NCBI GenBank assembly: GCA_043228905.1
Contig: JBHGNT010000017.1
Span: 16,182,001 to 16,246,000 of the forward strand
Direction: 5' to 3'
Origin: Azolla caroliniana
Taxonomy: Eukaryota; Plantae; Polypodiophyta
Length of the DNA stretch: 64,000 bases
A program made the translations under genes and the position numbers. Each line of letters begins with the position of its first letter. Position 1 is the first letter of the stretch. A model generated the notes under the pieces. It saw nothing but the letters and a program-made list of their open reading frames with translations, was not told the origin of the DNA and did no database searches. Shown piece after piece: positions 10,075-23,666 of this stretch.

Positions 10075-13033
10075 GTGACCGACAACCGCCAACTACGACC
10101 TATACTTGCCAAGGAAATAGAGTTCTCACTCGAAGAGCTGCTCAGACTCGACATCCAACCATGGCACGACGTCCTTCGCCGCCTCAATGGAGGCCTATTA
10201 GTAGGTTATGTAGAAAAGATAGGCACCCACATTCCTCATACGACCACAGTCCCCAAACAATCCGAAGGAACACTAGTGGATATATGTGAAGCTCACTTCG
10301 AGAGCGATGATACTAGTTTCACTCTTCCTGTCTGCGTCAAGGGCATGACGTGTGGCGTGATCATTGACACCAGAGCAAGGGTAAGTATAGTAAGCTACGA
10401 ATGTTGGTGTAAGTGGGGGAACCCAAAAATGCTTCCTTCGGACGTCAAACTCCGAATGGCTGATGGGTCCATCCAACGGCTAGAAGGCATGATCCCTGCG
10501 CACCACTTCACTATCCACGGGGTCGAGTTTAATCTCACCTTCGTTGTCACAAGATAATCCAATCATGTGGCTTACAAGTGTTTACTAGGGAGACTATTCC
10601 TACGTGTAAGCCGCCTTGTGATGGATTTCGGGAACGATACAATCTATATGCGTAAAAACAACAAAACCTTTCACATCAAAGCATACACACAAAAAGTCCA
10701 CGAACAAGAAGGCAACCCTCTTGTGGACAACTGGTCAGAAACAACTGAGTTCGAGACCAACCTCCTAGCATGTCACCCCATAAAGATAGTTCAAATCTTG
10801 GCTAGAGGTCAACCGTTTCCCCAAAACTCCACTAATCCTAGAGCAGGGAATGCGCGAGAAGACCAATTTGTAGCATCCAATGCGTCAGAGATGAATTGGG
10901 TGCACGCTCTCACCACAACCGATGCAATGTACCCCATTGGTACAAAGTGTCGCAATGAGGATGGAGACACGATCTCATGTTTTAATATCACCGCTCTCGT
11001 ACCCCAACGGAAACCAGTAGACGTAAAAGACGAAGACCTCGCACAACGAATCACGTGCCAGGAAGAGGGTGTGACCACGCGGAAGACCCTGACGGAGGTG
11101 GACTTCCCGGAGCAATTCAAAATCTATGAACAAGGGAGTAGGGCGGTGGCCTGTAAGAGACCACAACACACCCCTCACATCCTAGGTGAGGCATGCGATG
11201 GACCGGTGAGAGTTAAGGAAATCAATCTTGGAAATGGGATAGACCCCAAACCAATGTTCCTCGCCATGGATCTCCAGCCGGACGAGGAGACGTCCTTGAT
11301 CACCCTCCTCACGGAATTTAGCGACATGTTCGCATGGTTGTATGTTGATATGAAAGGCATCATGACCGTAGTCATCACCCATAGCATCCCCATGAGAGCC
11401 GACGCCCGCCCAATCCAACAAATACCGCGTCCAATAAAACCCAACTATGCTCAACAAGTAAAAGCCGAAATCAATAAAATGCTAGACGCGAGCATCATCT
11501 ACCCGATCGAACGAACAACTTGGGTCTCCCTGATCGTAGTCGTCCCAAAGAAGAATGGCCAAATCCGCATATGTGTAGACTACCACCAAGTCAACGAAGC
11601 CACCATCAAGGACAACTACCCGGTACCCTACATAGAGCACTTACTCGAAAGAATCGTAGGAGCAGAAGCCTATAGCTTCATCGATGGGTTCTCAGGGTAC
11701 AACCAAATCTTAGTGGTGCCTGAGGATCAACATAAGACAACCTTTGCCACCGAATTTGGTACGTTCGCATATAAGCAGATGTCTTTCGGGCTCACAAGTG
11801 CCCTGAGCACCTGTCAAAGGGCAGCGGACCACATCTTCGTGGCAAGGTTACGACAAGGGGTGGAGTCCTATGTCGACGATTTATGTTGCCATTCGAAATG
11901 GCATTACCACCTGGCGCTACACCGCTTGACGTTTGAAAAGTGCAGAGACTATCAACTCTCCCTCAACCCCCTCCTCAAGTGCCAATTCTGGGTCAAACAC
12001 AAACTCATATTAGGTCATGTTGTGTCTCGACATCGGATCTCGAACGATGAAGCAAAAGTAAAGCTCATCCTTGACATGCCACCTCCCATGAACGAGAAAC
12101 AACTACAAGCGTTCATGGGGTACACGGGTTACTATAGACGCTTCATCAAGATGTTCGCAGACAAGGCCAAACCACGCTACGCCTTACTAAAGCAGTACAC
12201 CTGGACGGAAGAGTGCACCCACTCGTTCAAGCTCTTGAAAGAGTGCCAAACTAAGGTTCCCATCTTCCAATCCCCAAACTGGACCAAAGAATTCCACGTT
12301 CACACCGATGCTTCCGCCTTCACGATTGGTGCAGTGCTAGCTCAACCCGACGAAGGGGCAGTTGAGCTACCAATCACCTTTGCTAGTCGTCAACTGAATG
12401 CCGCAGAACGAAATTACTCCACGACAGAATGAGAAGCTTTGGCCATTGTTTACAACGTGAAAAAGTTCCGACATTACCTCTTGGCGTCACGTTTCTCATT
12501 TTCTGTAGATCATCAAGCCCTCCTCTACTTGGTAAACAAAACTCACGCCACAGGATGATCTTTTCCTTTTCTCACCACCACCTTGAAGTCGATATTAATG
12601 TTACTCGATGGATCATAATGTTACTCGAGTTTGACTTCAAGGTGGTGGTGAGAAAAGGAAAAGACCATGTACTCACTGATCATTTCTCCCGAATACCAAA
12701 CGGAGAAGAAGCCACCGGGGTCGACGATGAAACACCATATGCAACATTATTCACGATCGACACCGTACCATCATGGGCATCAGACATCGTTCACGTCTTA
12801 ACCGAAGGGGCGTCCTTCCTAAAACAACTAAGTCGGGCACATGCACGTGTCTTGTTAAGGAAATGTGGCCCCTTCACGATGCTTAGAGGCAACTTGTATC
12901 GAAGAGGCAACAATGATGTACTTCGGAGGTGAGTAACGGAGCATGATGTCGTCACCGTCCTCGAACAAGCTCATTGCGGAAGCAGAAGCGGTCATTTCAA
13001 TCATGAGGTCACTGCACGCAAGATCCTCTAGTC
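10075..13033 (+). pseudogene. pol: Degenerate gypsy pol (PR-RT-RH-start of IN) of element Z
   Basis: IIDTRARVSIV protease; VPKKNGQIRICVDY, IDGFSGYNQI and YVDD RT; HTDAS/AERNYSTTE RNase H; resumes after element Y at 30602. Confidence 0.92.
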
Positions 13034-13493
13034 TATTAGCCAGCCGGTAAGGAGTGGAGGACAGTCCAGAATGTGAAAGGGCAGGAATTATCGGAAGCTG
13101 TTATTAGGATATTACGTAATTAAGTATATTTTGAGAAGTGAATGGACAGACTGGAATCGGTATGCCGATCCGGATCCGGACCGGTTCATATCAGTGTGCC
13201 GGTTGGCACCATTTTGTATGCAGAGCCGGTGATCTATAAAAAGGCCCGGTTACATTGTAAATCGGGACAGATAATTAATAAAGCCCTATTGTCTTATCTT
13301 TGTGTATTGATTACCGTTCTGTGCTAATTACTTTCTATCTTACACGTGTATTAAGATTCATGATATGTTGCTTACGTAGCCAATAAAGGTCTGATCAATA
13401 GTTAGTCTAAGTTGCCTCGCCGTTACACCCTTTGGTGAAGTGTCTTCCGTAGACACCCTGTGTTAGGCTATTGTCCAGCCCTTAGGAGTAACA
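13034..13493 (+). repeat. 5' LTR of element Y
   Basis: Direct repeat of 30137-30596 with a few percent transitions; terminal TG mutated to TA. Confidence 0.92.
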
Positions 13494-13548
13494 CAGTTTT
13501 TGGCGACCATGATTCCTGCATAAGCGCAACGTACAGTGGCGGGAATGG

Positions 13549-16500
13549 ATGACTAGACCAATGAACGGACCGGTTACGGATCGAGCAAGGAGACTTGCTG
13601 AGCGGCTACGGAAGCGAGAGGCCTTCCAGCAGGCGGCGGAAGAGATTCGTGTGGATCAATCATTTTCCAAAGTGATCCGACAAGTGGCCGAGGAGTCACT
13701 CCATTTGCAACAAGATTTCCACCCTGACGAAGGAAGCAGCTTAAGTAGTCTTCGGGAAGCGGAATCCCTTCTGCAGGCGATTCAAGAGAAGGCGATTCAG
13801 AACCGTTTTCGGCCTTTGAATCGAACTCGGACAGCGAATATAGCGCTCATTCCAATTACCGCAACAGTCATGACACCCCAGACGGACTGACAGACGAGGA
13901 ATTGGATACCTTACTGACACCCGAACCAGAATTGACAGAGCTGGGAGCCACAAACCGACAAAGGTCTGAGCAACCTCGGACACCACCAGCCCGCATTCCG
14001 ACACCGGACGACGACATGCCATTTCAATATCCCAAGTACCGGGATGATCCGGACGCACGTAGAGGCCCACGTGAATTGGATACCTTACCGACACCCGAAC
14101 CAGAATTGACAGAGCTGGAAGCCACAAACCGACAAAGGTCTGAGCAACCTCGGACACCACCAGCCCGCATTCCGACACCGGACGACGACATGCCGTTTCA
14201 ATATCCCAAGTACCGGGATGATCCGGACGCAAGCAGAGGCCCATGTGAATTGGATACCTTACCGACACCCGAACCAGAATTGACAGAGCTGGGAGCCACA
14301 AACCGACAAAGGTCTGAGCAACCTCGGACACCACCAGCCCGCATTCCGACACCGGACGACAACATGCCGTTTCAATATCCCAAGTACCGGGATGATCCGG
14401 ACGCACGTAGAGGCCCACGTGAATTGGATACCTTACCGACACCCGAACCAGAATTGACAGAGCTGGGAGCCACAAACCGACAAAGGTCTGAGCAACCTCG
14501 GACACCACCAGCCCGCATTCCGACACCGGACGACAACATGCCGTTTCAATATCCCAAGTACCGGGATGATCCGGACGCACGCAAAGGCCCACGTGAATTG
14601 GATACCTTACCGACACCCGAACCAGAATTGACAGAGCTGGAAGCCACAAACCGACAAAGGTCTGAGCAACCTCGGACACCACCAGCCCGCATTCCGACAC
14701 CGGATGACGACATGCCGTTTCAATATCCCAAGTACCGAGATGATCCGGACGCAAGCAGAGGCCCACGTGAATTGGATACCTTACCGACACCCGAACCAGA
14801 ATTGACAGAGCTGGGAGCCACAAACCGACAAAGGTCTGAGCAACCTCGGACACCACCAGCCCGCATTCCGACACCGGACGACGACATGCCGTTTCAATAT
14901 CCCAAGTACCGGGATGATCCGGACGCAAGCAGAGGCCCACGTGAATTGGATACCTTACCGACACCCGAACCAGAATTGACAGAGCTGGGAGCCACAAACC
15001 GACAAAGGTCTGAGCAACCTCGGACACCACCAGCCCGCATTCCGACACCGGACGACGACATGCCGTTTCAATATCCCAAGTACCGGGATGATCCGGACGC
15101 ACGCAAAGGCCCACGTGAATTGGATACCTTACCGACACCCGAACCAGAATTGACAGAGCTGGGAGCCACAAACCGACAAAGGTCTGAGCAACCTCGGACA
15201 CCACCAGCCCGCATTCCGACACCGGACGACGACATGCCGTTTCAATATCCCAAGTACCGGGATGATCTGGACGCAGAGGCCCACGTCTATGCATTTCAGT
15301 TGACCTGGGAAGCGAATCATGTGTCACAACGCTTAACCGCAGCCGAAGTAGAACGCTCAAAGATGGCGGAGTTCGGCATGACCCTGGAAGGGCCCGCCGC
15401 TAGATGGCACCCGATGTAAGATCTCATCACCATCACGATGTTTGAGGCATTGAAAACTAAATTCTTACACTTTTTTCACAAAGAGGTGGATCAACGGGAA
15501 ATGGTCGGCCTATTTTATACCATCTAGCAGGAGCCCACGGAGAACATTCAACAATTTGTAATCCGATTCCATAGAATGCACAACCAGCTCAGTCGGGCAC
15601 CACCGGAGGAAGAGACTAAGGCGATATTCCTAGCAACACTCTGGGAACCCCTATGAACAGTGTGCACAGTCATTGATTTCCGCACGAGTTCCGTCGACCA
15701 GGTCATAGACCGAGTCAGGGAAATGGAAAAATCCAGCTCATGGCTGACAATGGGGGCACTCCAACGAGCGGTACCAACCGATGAAGACCTCCGACTTCGA
15801 CAAGCAATTCAATGTACGACTTGCCTGAATGCCGGACACTCGGCGCTGGAGTGCACCATGCGTTCTCAATGCCTGCTTTGCCATTCCAAAAACCACACAA
15901 TGGATCGGTGCGAATATAACTTGTTGAATCAGCAATCGCCATTGGTTCGGCAAATCGAACCACGGAGCAACCAGGAGGAGGAAGAAGAGCACTGGCGGCG
16001 AGAGGAGCGTTATCGGCCGACACAAGATGTCTAGTACAGTGATCGAAGAGACGCTTATGACTGCGACCGGTATGATAGATATGATAGAGATCAGGACTAT
16101 AATGGGGAACGGAATGAGCGATACAACCGGGATCACTCCCCCGGTTACAACCCACGAAGGGAGGACAATGGCAAGTATGACAACCGACCCCGACAGGGTT
16201 ACCGGAACAAAAAGCATTTCAACAAAAAACGGCATTTCAATAAAAAAGGGGATCACCAACGGGAGCCGGAAAAGGGTACACCAAGCACCCAACCGGACCA
16301 AGGCCAAGCACTTACAACAGGACCTCAACTGGGTGCCGGAGCGATAGCAGAATCCAACAACACCCGGAAGGCTTACTGCTAATATTGCCGACAAGAGGGA
16401 CACTATAGTAACCAATGTCCGACGATAAGCGACCAACAGTAAACATGGTGGTAGCGGAAGTCGCAGACATACAACAAGTGACCACGAGGTCAAAAGGAAA

Positions 16501-16789
16501 AGCAACGGAGTGGGAAACCCAAGAAGCCATCTGGAAGCAGGCTACCAAATGGGTAAAGAAGGAAAATGAGTAGAATGTGGCAGAGCTGGAACAACAAAAA
16601 GGGAATCCAGAGGAGCCAACCGGCAATAGCCAAGCAGAAAACCCAACATGGCAGGCGTTGCAAGAATGCCAAATCGCGCTGCCATTAGGTCGGCTATTGC
16701 AGTTAGTACCTCGGTTTACGGAAGGACTGAAGACGGGAATGACTGTGGTTGACACGCCACCGGCTCTGGCGTTCTTTTCTAATCCGGAG
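13549..16789 (+). pseudogene. gag: Degenerate gag of element Y
   Basis: FGMTLEGPAARW capsid motif, CTTCLNAGHSALEC knuckle, stops and frameshifts. Confidence 0.85.
13899..15287 (+). repeat. Eight tandem copies of a 174-bp (58-aa) unit inside gag
   Basis: gaattggatacc recurs every 174 nt from 13899; ORF 13902-15419 shows the 58-aa repeat. Confidence 0.97.
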
Positions 16790-17973
16790 TGACGGGAACT
16801 AAAACACTCCTTATGCGCAATGCTCGGCCACAACTGAACTTAAAATCATACACAGAAAACGGGAATGAATGCACGACACAAAGAAGAGAAGAGTACACAG
16901 GATGTTTACGTGGAAAACCCCAAACTAGGGAAAAAAAAAACCACGGCAGCCCACAGGCTGCAAACTATCACTATGTTAGAATGTACAACAGTGAGTTCAC
17001 AGAGGCAACGACCTCGTGCTCACGATCTTCGCCACAGGTGGCGGTTACAACAGAGGCAACGACCTCTTTCTCTCTCTCTAACACTTTACACTGTTACGCG
17101 CTCTCTCTTCTTACACCAACAAGAATGACAACCACACTAACAAAAGTTTGCCCTAAGTCATATTTATACTAATATGACTTTTCAGCTATCTACAAATATA
17201 GCCACGATGGGCTCTCAAAAACATATTTACGAATATGTCTCTTCATCCGGTGAGCACTCCTCACTGGGTCTTCACCATCTGGCTCTCCGTAGCCGGGTAC
17301 TCCTCATCCGGTTCTCATTGGGCCTGCACCATCCGACTCTTCGTAGCCGGGTACTCCTCATCCGGTTCTCACTGGGCCTGCACCATCCGACTCTTCGTAG
17401 CCGGGTACTCCTCATCCAGTTCTCACTGGGTCTGCACCATCCGGCTCTCCGTAGCCGGGTACTCCTCATCCGGTTCTAACCGGGCCTGCACCATCCGGTT
17501 CTCCGTAGCCGGGTACTCCTCATCCGGTTCTCACCGGGTCTGCACCATCTGGCTCTCCGTAGCCGGGTACTCCTCATCCGGTTCTCACCGGGTCTGCACC
17601 ATCCGGCTCTCCGTAGTCGGGTACTCCTCATCCGGTTCTCACCGGGCCTGCACCATCCGGTTCTCCGTAGCCGGGTACTCCTCATCCGGTTCTCACCGGG
17701 TCTGCACCATCCAACTCTCTGTAGCCGGGTACTCCTCATCCGGTTCTCACCGGGTCTGCACCATCCGGCTCTCCGTAGTCGGGTACTCCTCATCCGGTTC
17801 TCACCGGGTCTGCACCATCCGGCTCTCCGTAGTCGGGTACTCCTCATCCGGTTCTCACCGGGTCTGCACCATCCGGCTCTCCGTAGTCGGGTACTCCTCA
17901 GCCGGTTCTCACTGAGTTTGCTTATCAGCACTGTTCTTCTCCCTTCCCATCCGGAGGGACCTGTCTCCCAACA
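16790..17973 (-). mobile_element. Solo LTR of the Tnt1/Tork-like copia family
   Basis: Reverse-complement homology to 2609-3211; TG...CA; TSD CGGAG (16785-16789 and 17974-17978). Confidence 0.93.
17265..17912. repeat. 12 x 54-bp tandem repeat in the U3 of the solo LTR
   Basis: 18-aa periodicity repeated 12 times in ORF 17235-17915. Confidence 0.95.
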
Positions 17974-17978
17974 CGGAG

Positions 17979-20487
17979 GAAGGACCAATGGTAGTGGACA
18001 CGAGCAGTCCAACTATCACAACCATTGTCAAGGGATGAGAGCTACCCGGAACGATTATAGACGGAGGATCTGGCATGAACGTGATTAGCCTCTGATGTTG
18101 GGAATCCAGGACTGGGAGCCATGCCCATATTGGCTCCGGATAGCGGACACAAGTTCAGTAAGACCTACCGGATTGATACGAGATTTGGAAGTGACTATCG
18201 GAGGTCACGCATTCCGCATTTCGGCAATAGTCCTCCAACTCAATGCACAAGGGGCATACCCACTGTTGTTGGGCCGCCCATAGCTAAAAACAACGCACAT
18301 CAAGCAAAACTGACGGAAAAACATAATTACTTTTCGACGCAGCAAAGCAAAAGTACGAGTACCTACACAACCAAGTTCGAGTACCAGCAAGGAGCTGACA
18401 CCACTGTACGCGGAATGTGTCAACATGCTTGAAGGATTGGCTGATGAAGAGGTCGATCAGTACTTATAGGAGAATTCGAAAATTGTACCTTTATTTGAAA
18501 TTGATGTTGTTGAAGCAGTGGCACTATATATAATGCAACCAGAGGATGCCGATGAAGAAGCCATCAGAGAGTTACGGCAAGTGCAGGAAGCTTTGGAGAA
18601 GGAATTGGCAGTATCTCAACGCGTAAAAGCCTCTCAGTTGGAAGAGGTAGACCTAGCCACCACAGAAGACGCAAGACCAATTCACATCGCCAAAGAAGTG
18701 ACTCCAGAAAGGAAGACGACAATGATCACCTTATTAAAGGAGTTCCGGGACGTATTTGCGTGGTCTTATGAGGTCATGTGGGGGCTAGAGCCTCAGTTGT
18801 ATCAACACCAAATACATCTAAGTAAGGATGCCAAGCCGGTGGCGCAATGACGCTACCAGATGAACCCTAACTATGCAGCAAAAGTAAAGGACGAAATCGA
18901 CAAATTGTTATGGGTAGGGTTCATCCAACCGGTCAAGAAGGCGACATGGCTGAGTCCGATAGTTGTCGTACCGAAAAAGAACGGAAAAATCAGGGCATGT
19001 GTTGACTACCGGAAGTTGAATGCAGCAACGGTAACCGACGCCTTCCCACTCCCTTTTACAGATGGAGTCTTGGATGCAATAGCCGGTCATGAAGTTTATA
19101 GTTTCTTAGACGGATTCAGCGGCTACAATCAGATTCAGATGCACCCCGACAACCAGGAGAAAACCGCTTTTGTTACCGAATGGGGAGTATTTGTCGCCGT
19201 AGTCATGATGTTCAGACTTAAAACGGCACCGACAACCTTTCAGCCGATAATCATGGAGATTTTTGAAGAATTTATTCCAGCATTCATGGAGGTGTTCCTA
19301 GACGATTTCGCTGTGTACAGTTGGGAAGGGGAACACCTCCAACACCTCCAACTATGTCTTGAGAAATGTAGGGTTTACCGGTTAAGCCTTAACCCTGCAA
19401 AATGCGTGTTTGGAGTGTCAAGCGGTGCATTACTAGGCCACATTGTTAGCAACGACGGTATTGCAGTAGACTTGGAAAAGGTTAAAGCAATTTTGGAGGC
19501 ACCAACACCCACCACGACGACAACATTGAGTCGGTTCCTAGGACAAATCCGGTGGCATAGCCGGATGCTCCGGTATCTGGTAGACCTGGCCACACCATTG
19601 CATGCTACGGTGCACCGGACACCGTTTCAATGGACGGACATGGAGGATAAGGCTTACCGGGCATTAAAAGTACTACTATCACAAGCAACAGTGGTGCAAC
19701 CTCTAGATTGGTCTAAAGAATTCCACGTATTCATAGACAGTCCGACATAGCAATTGGGAGCGTATTAATGCAGCTTACCGAATCGAAGTGGTACCGGCCC
19801 GTGTATTATGCTAGCCGGAAGCTATCCCAAGTGGAACGGAATTACTCAATGACGGAAAGAGAAGCCTTGGGCATGATCTACAACATCACCAAGTTTCGAC
19901 ACTACCTATTGGGGAGGAAATTTTCCTTTCATGTAGACCATTCGGCGCTACTTTACTTGGTCTCAAAAGCATCACTAATGGGTAAGCTGGCCCGGTGGAC
20001 GTTATTATTACAGGAATTTGAGTTCGAGATATTTCACCGGCCAGGCATACAACAAGCGGTTGCGGATTATTTGAGCCGGTTAGACTACGGTGAAACTGAT
20101 GACGGAGTCCCAGATGAGTTTCCGGATGCAAAGTTGTTTAGGGTCACAGCAGAAACGACAACAGATGGTACGGTCGCCAAGGAGGACAAGTAGCTCACTA
20201 ACATGCACCAATTCCTGAGCACAGGATTACCTCCAGAGGAGATGAACAGAAATGAGCGGAAACGATTAGTAGTACAAAGTCGGCACTTCTGCCTACTACA
20301 GGACACACTGTACCATAAAGGTGCGGATGGCATATGGCGGCGCGCGATGCGCAACGATGAAAAAGACCAAATACTGTGCGAAGCACACTGTGGCATTGCC
20401 GGAGGGCATTATGCTGGGGATGCTCCACCAAGGAAAATATGGCGGGGTGGCCTATGGTGGCCAACAACATTAAAAGACGCCGTCCGG
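17979..20487 (+). pseudogene. pol: PR-RT-RH and IN N-terminus of element Y
   Basis: IDGGSGMNV protease; WLSPIVVVPKKNGKIRACVDYR and FLDD RT; ERNYSMTEREAL RNase H; GLWWPTTLKD. Confidence 0.93.
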
Positions 20488-20684
20488 TGTCGTGAAGAAT
20501 TTCGGCCAGAGGCGGAAATTGGGAAACATTGGCTACATTGGCAGGGTGCAACATGTGTGCTCACCCTTGTACATTTAGTGTGAATAATGAGGGCGCCTTT
20601 ATGGCGCTGAAGAGTAGTCAAGTCGGGATAGACGATCCCATGTAAGTCGGGATTTATCCCACATTGTAACGCATCCCTCTCCTT
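20488..20684 (+). mobile_element. Truncated 5' LTR of element X (Trp-primed group)
   Basis: Reverse complement of about 28200-28394; preceded by CCGG (TSD half). Confidence 0.85.
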
Positions 20685-23666
20685 GCTTATCAGCACTGTT
20701 CTTCTCCCTTCCCATCCAGAGGGACCTGTCTCCCAACAAACTCCCCCTTCACTCCGGCATGGGGTGTCTTACTAATCCGATTCTCTTCCGGCATGCATCC
20801 AGCTTGTCGGGTATCAACACTTTGGTCAGCATATCTGACCCGTTCTCGGCCGTGTGGATCTTCGTCAGTGCGAACTCCTGGTCATCTACTCTTTCCCGGA
20901 TCCAGTGATATCTTCGCTGGATATGCTTCGTCCGCGAATGGTAGGCCGCATTCTTAGCAAGATGGATGGCACTTTGACTGTCGCAATAGAGTCGGTATTC
21001 ATCTTGCCGGATACCGAGCTCTCCGATGAAGTCCTTCATCCATAATATTTCCTTGCCGGCTTCCACAGCTGCCATGTACTCCGCCTCCGTGGTTGACAAT
21101 GCAACCGTCTTCTGCAGCCTCGACTGCCACGAAACAACCCCCCCTGCATATGTCATTACATACCCGGATGTAGACCGGCTGGTATCCACATTAGCCGACA
21201 TGTCCGAATCGGTGAAACACATATTTGAAGTGCCCTTCAAATACCAGAGTATCCATTTGACCGCGTTCCAGTGCTCCTTGTCGGGATTGCTCATAAACCG
21301 GCTCACCACTCCGACTGCGTATCCTATATCCGGTCGGGTACACACCATTGCGTACATCAAGCTCCCGACGGCAGACGCATATGGTACCTTCATCATATCA
21401 GCCTTCTCTGCTTTCATCTTCGGGCTTTGCTTACCGGATAATCTGCAGTTTGCCGGAAGTGTCGATCTGACCGGTTTCGCATTTGACATGTTGAACCGGT
21501 GAAGCACCTTTGTCATGTACTTCTCCTGTGATAGCCACAATTGCTTCATTGGCCGGTTCCGGATGATATGCATCCCCAACATCTGTCTTGCCGGACCCAA
21601 GTCTTTCATTGAGAAGGTCCGGTTGAGAGCCTTCTTCAGCATCCGTATTTCGACTTGGTCTCGTCCGACGATCAACATGTCATCCACGTACAGAAGGAGT
21701 ATCAGGAAGTCACCTCCTTCAAACTTCTTCACAAACACGCAGTGATCGGCCTGCGTCTTGTGGTACCCTTGATCGGTCATGAAGGAGTCGAACTTCCGGT
21801 ACCATTGTCGGGGAGCCTGCTTCAGTTCGTACAAGCTCTTCTTCAACCGGCATACCAGGTGCTCCTTCCCTTTCTCCACGAATCCTTCCGGTTGTTGCAT
21901 GTAGATCTCCTCTTCGAGGTCGCCGTGAAGGAATGCCGTCTTCACGTCCAACCGTTCTACCTCAAGGTCCATGCTTGCCGCTATACTCAGCACTGTCCGG
22001 ATGGAGGTCATCTTTACTACCGGGGCAAATATCTCGTCAAAGTCCACGCCCTTTTTCTGCTGGAACCCCTTCACCACGATCCTGGCTTTGTATCTCGGGG
22101 GGTTGCCGGCATCTCCCGGTTTCAACTTGTACACCCACTTGTTTCGGAGCGCCCGCTTCCCTTTTGGCAACTCCACCAATTCGTACGTATGGTTCTCATG
22201 CAGGGAATCTATCTCATCGTGCATGGCACTTAACCATTTGCGGTTGTGGGCATCATCCTTCGCTTCTTCGAAGCTTTTTGGCTCCCCCTCATCGGTCAAC
22301 AGGACATGCTCTGCATCCGGAAATCTCCAGGGGGCCCTTCTCTCTCTAAGAGGATATCTCCGTCTTCGGGCTTCGGTAACCAGCTCCTCCATTTGCTCTT
22401 CATCCGAATCCGATTCGGGGTCTTGGCCGGTTCCGGTTTCAGCTTCCTCTACTTCTTCTTCAGCCTTATCGGTATCCTCACCGTAACCGGCCGGTCCCTC
22501 GAGTGCTAACCGGTCTCTTGCCGGTTGGGTTTGCACATCGTAGAGTCGATCCTTACCGGTCGACTCAGAGTTCATTATCTTCTTCTCCGACTCCCAGTTG
22601 GTGAGCGTCTTGTCCTCCATGAAGATAATATCTCGACTCCGGAATACCTTCTTGTCGACCGGGTCCCACACTCGGTAGCCGAACTCATCGTCGCCGTAAC
22701 CGAGGAATATGCATGGCCTGGTCTTTGGATCTAACTTTCCTCTCCGATCCTTAGCTACATGCACGTACGCGAGACACCCGAACACCTTCAGATGTCGGTA
22801 GGACACTTCCTGACCGGTCCAGACTCTCTGTGGCGTGTCTCCGTCCAAGGGTACTGAGGGTGATCTGTTTATCACGTATGTCGCCGTCGACAGTGCCTCA
22901 GCCCAAAACTTCTTGGCTAGTTTTGTATGCGCTAGCATACTCCGGACCCTCTCCATTATGGTCCGGTTCATCCTCTCAGCCAGCCCTTTTAGTTCCGGCG
23001 TCTTCGGCACGGTAAATTCAAGCCGGATTCCCTTCGAGCGGCAGTACTCCTCGAACTGCCCCCGGTATTCTCCTCCATTATTTGCTCGAACCGCCTTCAG
23101 CTTCCGGCCGGTTTCTCTTTCCACTCTCGCGTGGAGCTCTTTGAAGACGGATAGCACCTGATCCTTCGTCTTCAACGGTGTGGCCCACAGCTTCCGGCTG
23201 TGGTCATCTATGAACGTCATGAAGTACTGTGCTCCGGCATGTGACTTCGTGTCTACTTGACACACATCCATATGCACCAACTCCAGTGGTGCATTATGTC
23301 TCATCGGTGGCCTTGGTCGGAAGGAGGTCCGGTTTTGCTTACCGGCCAGGCAATCAGTGCACTTCTCCAAGTGCACGTTCTTCACTGGAATGAGGTTGTC
23401 GTCTGCTAGCCTCTTCATCCCCTTCTCGCTCATATGGCAAAGTCTCTTGTGCCACAGCTCACCGGCAGTGTCGGATGGCACGTTCACTTCTTCCGGACAT
23501 AACCGGGTGAGAGCCACAATCAGGCTCCCTTTGCTGAACTTCATGACACCGTTCCGGATGCTACCCGTTTAGCCTTCATCATCTAGCCAACCGGCTGATA
23601 CCAGGTTCAGACGAACCTCCGGAACGTGTCGGACATCCTTCAGTTGCAACTTGCATCCGGTTGGTG
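20685..23666 (-). mobile_element. Doubly truncated Tnt1/Tork-like copia copy (end of PR to RH, PPT, ~55 bp of 3' LTR)
   Basis: ORF 20749-23544 (931 aa) is highly similar to 4440-7284; LTR starts at 20738. Confidence 0.93.
20749..23544 (-). CDS. pol: Copia IN-RT-RH open frame (5'-truncated, with small in-frame deletions)
   Basis: LWHKRLCH, FIDD, LYVDD and LYCDSQSA in one 931-aa frame. Confidence 0.85.
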   Translation of the reverse strand: MKFSKGSLIVALTRLCPEEVNVPSDTAGELWHKRLCHMSEKGMKRLADDNLIPVKNVHLEKCTDCLAGKQNRTSFRPRPPMRHNAPLELVHMDVCQVDTKSHAGAQYFMTFIDDHSRKLWATPLKTKDQVLSVFKELHARVERETGRKLKAVRANNGGEYRGQFEEYCRSKGIRLEFTVPKTPELKGLAERMNRTIMERVRSMLAHTKLAKKFWAEALSTATYVINRSPSVPLDGDTPQRVWTGQEVSYRHLKVFGCLAYVHVAKDRRGKLDPKTRPCIFLGYGDDEFGYRVWDPVDKKVFRSRDIIFMEDKTLTNWESEKKIMNSESTGKDRLYDVQTQPARDRLALEGPAGYGEDTDKAEEEVEEAETGTGQDPESDSDEEQMEELVTEARRRRYPLRERRAPWRFPDAEHVLLTDEGEPKSFEEAKDDAHNRKWLSAMHDEIDSLHENHTYELVELPKGKRALRNKWVYKLKPGDAGNPPRYKARIVVKGFQQKKGVDFDEIFAPVVKMTSIRTVLSIAASMDLEVERLDVKTAFLHGDLEEEIYMQQPEGFVEKGKEHLVCRLKKSLYELKQAPRQWYRKFDSFMTDQGYHKTQADHCVFVKKFEGGDFLILLLYVDDMLIVGRDQVEIRMLKKALNRTFSMKDLGPARQMLGMHIIRNRPMKQLWLSQEKYMTKVLHRFNMSNAKPVRSTLPANCRLSGKQSPKMKAEKADMMKVPYASAVGSLMYAMVCTRPDIGYAVGVVSRFMSNPDKEHWNAVKWILWYLKGTSNMCFTDSDMSANVDTSRSTSGYVMTYAGGVVSWQSRLQKTVALSTTEAEYMAAVEAGKEILWMKDFIGELGIRQDEYRLYCDSQSAIHLAKNAAYHSRTKHIQRRYHWIRERVDDQEFALTKIHTAENGSDMLTKVLIPDKLDACRKRIGLVRHPMPE

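Noticed and set aside
13899-15287. Possible CRISPR-like or host repeat-protein locus
   Set aside because: Units are contiguous near-identical duplications of gag sequence with no unique spacers and no cas genes
13741-15360. 539-aa antisense ORF
   Set aside because: Explained by amplification of a stop-free 174-bp unit
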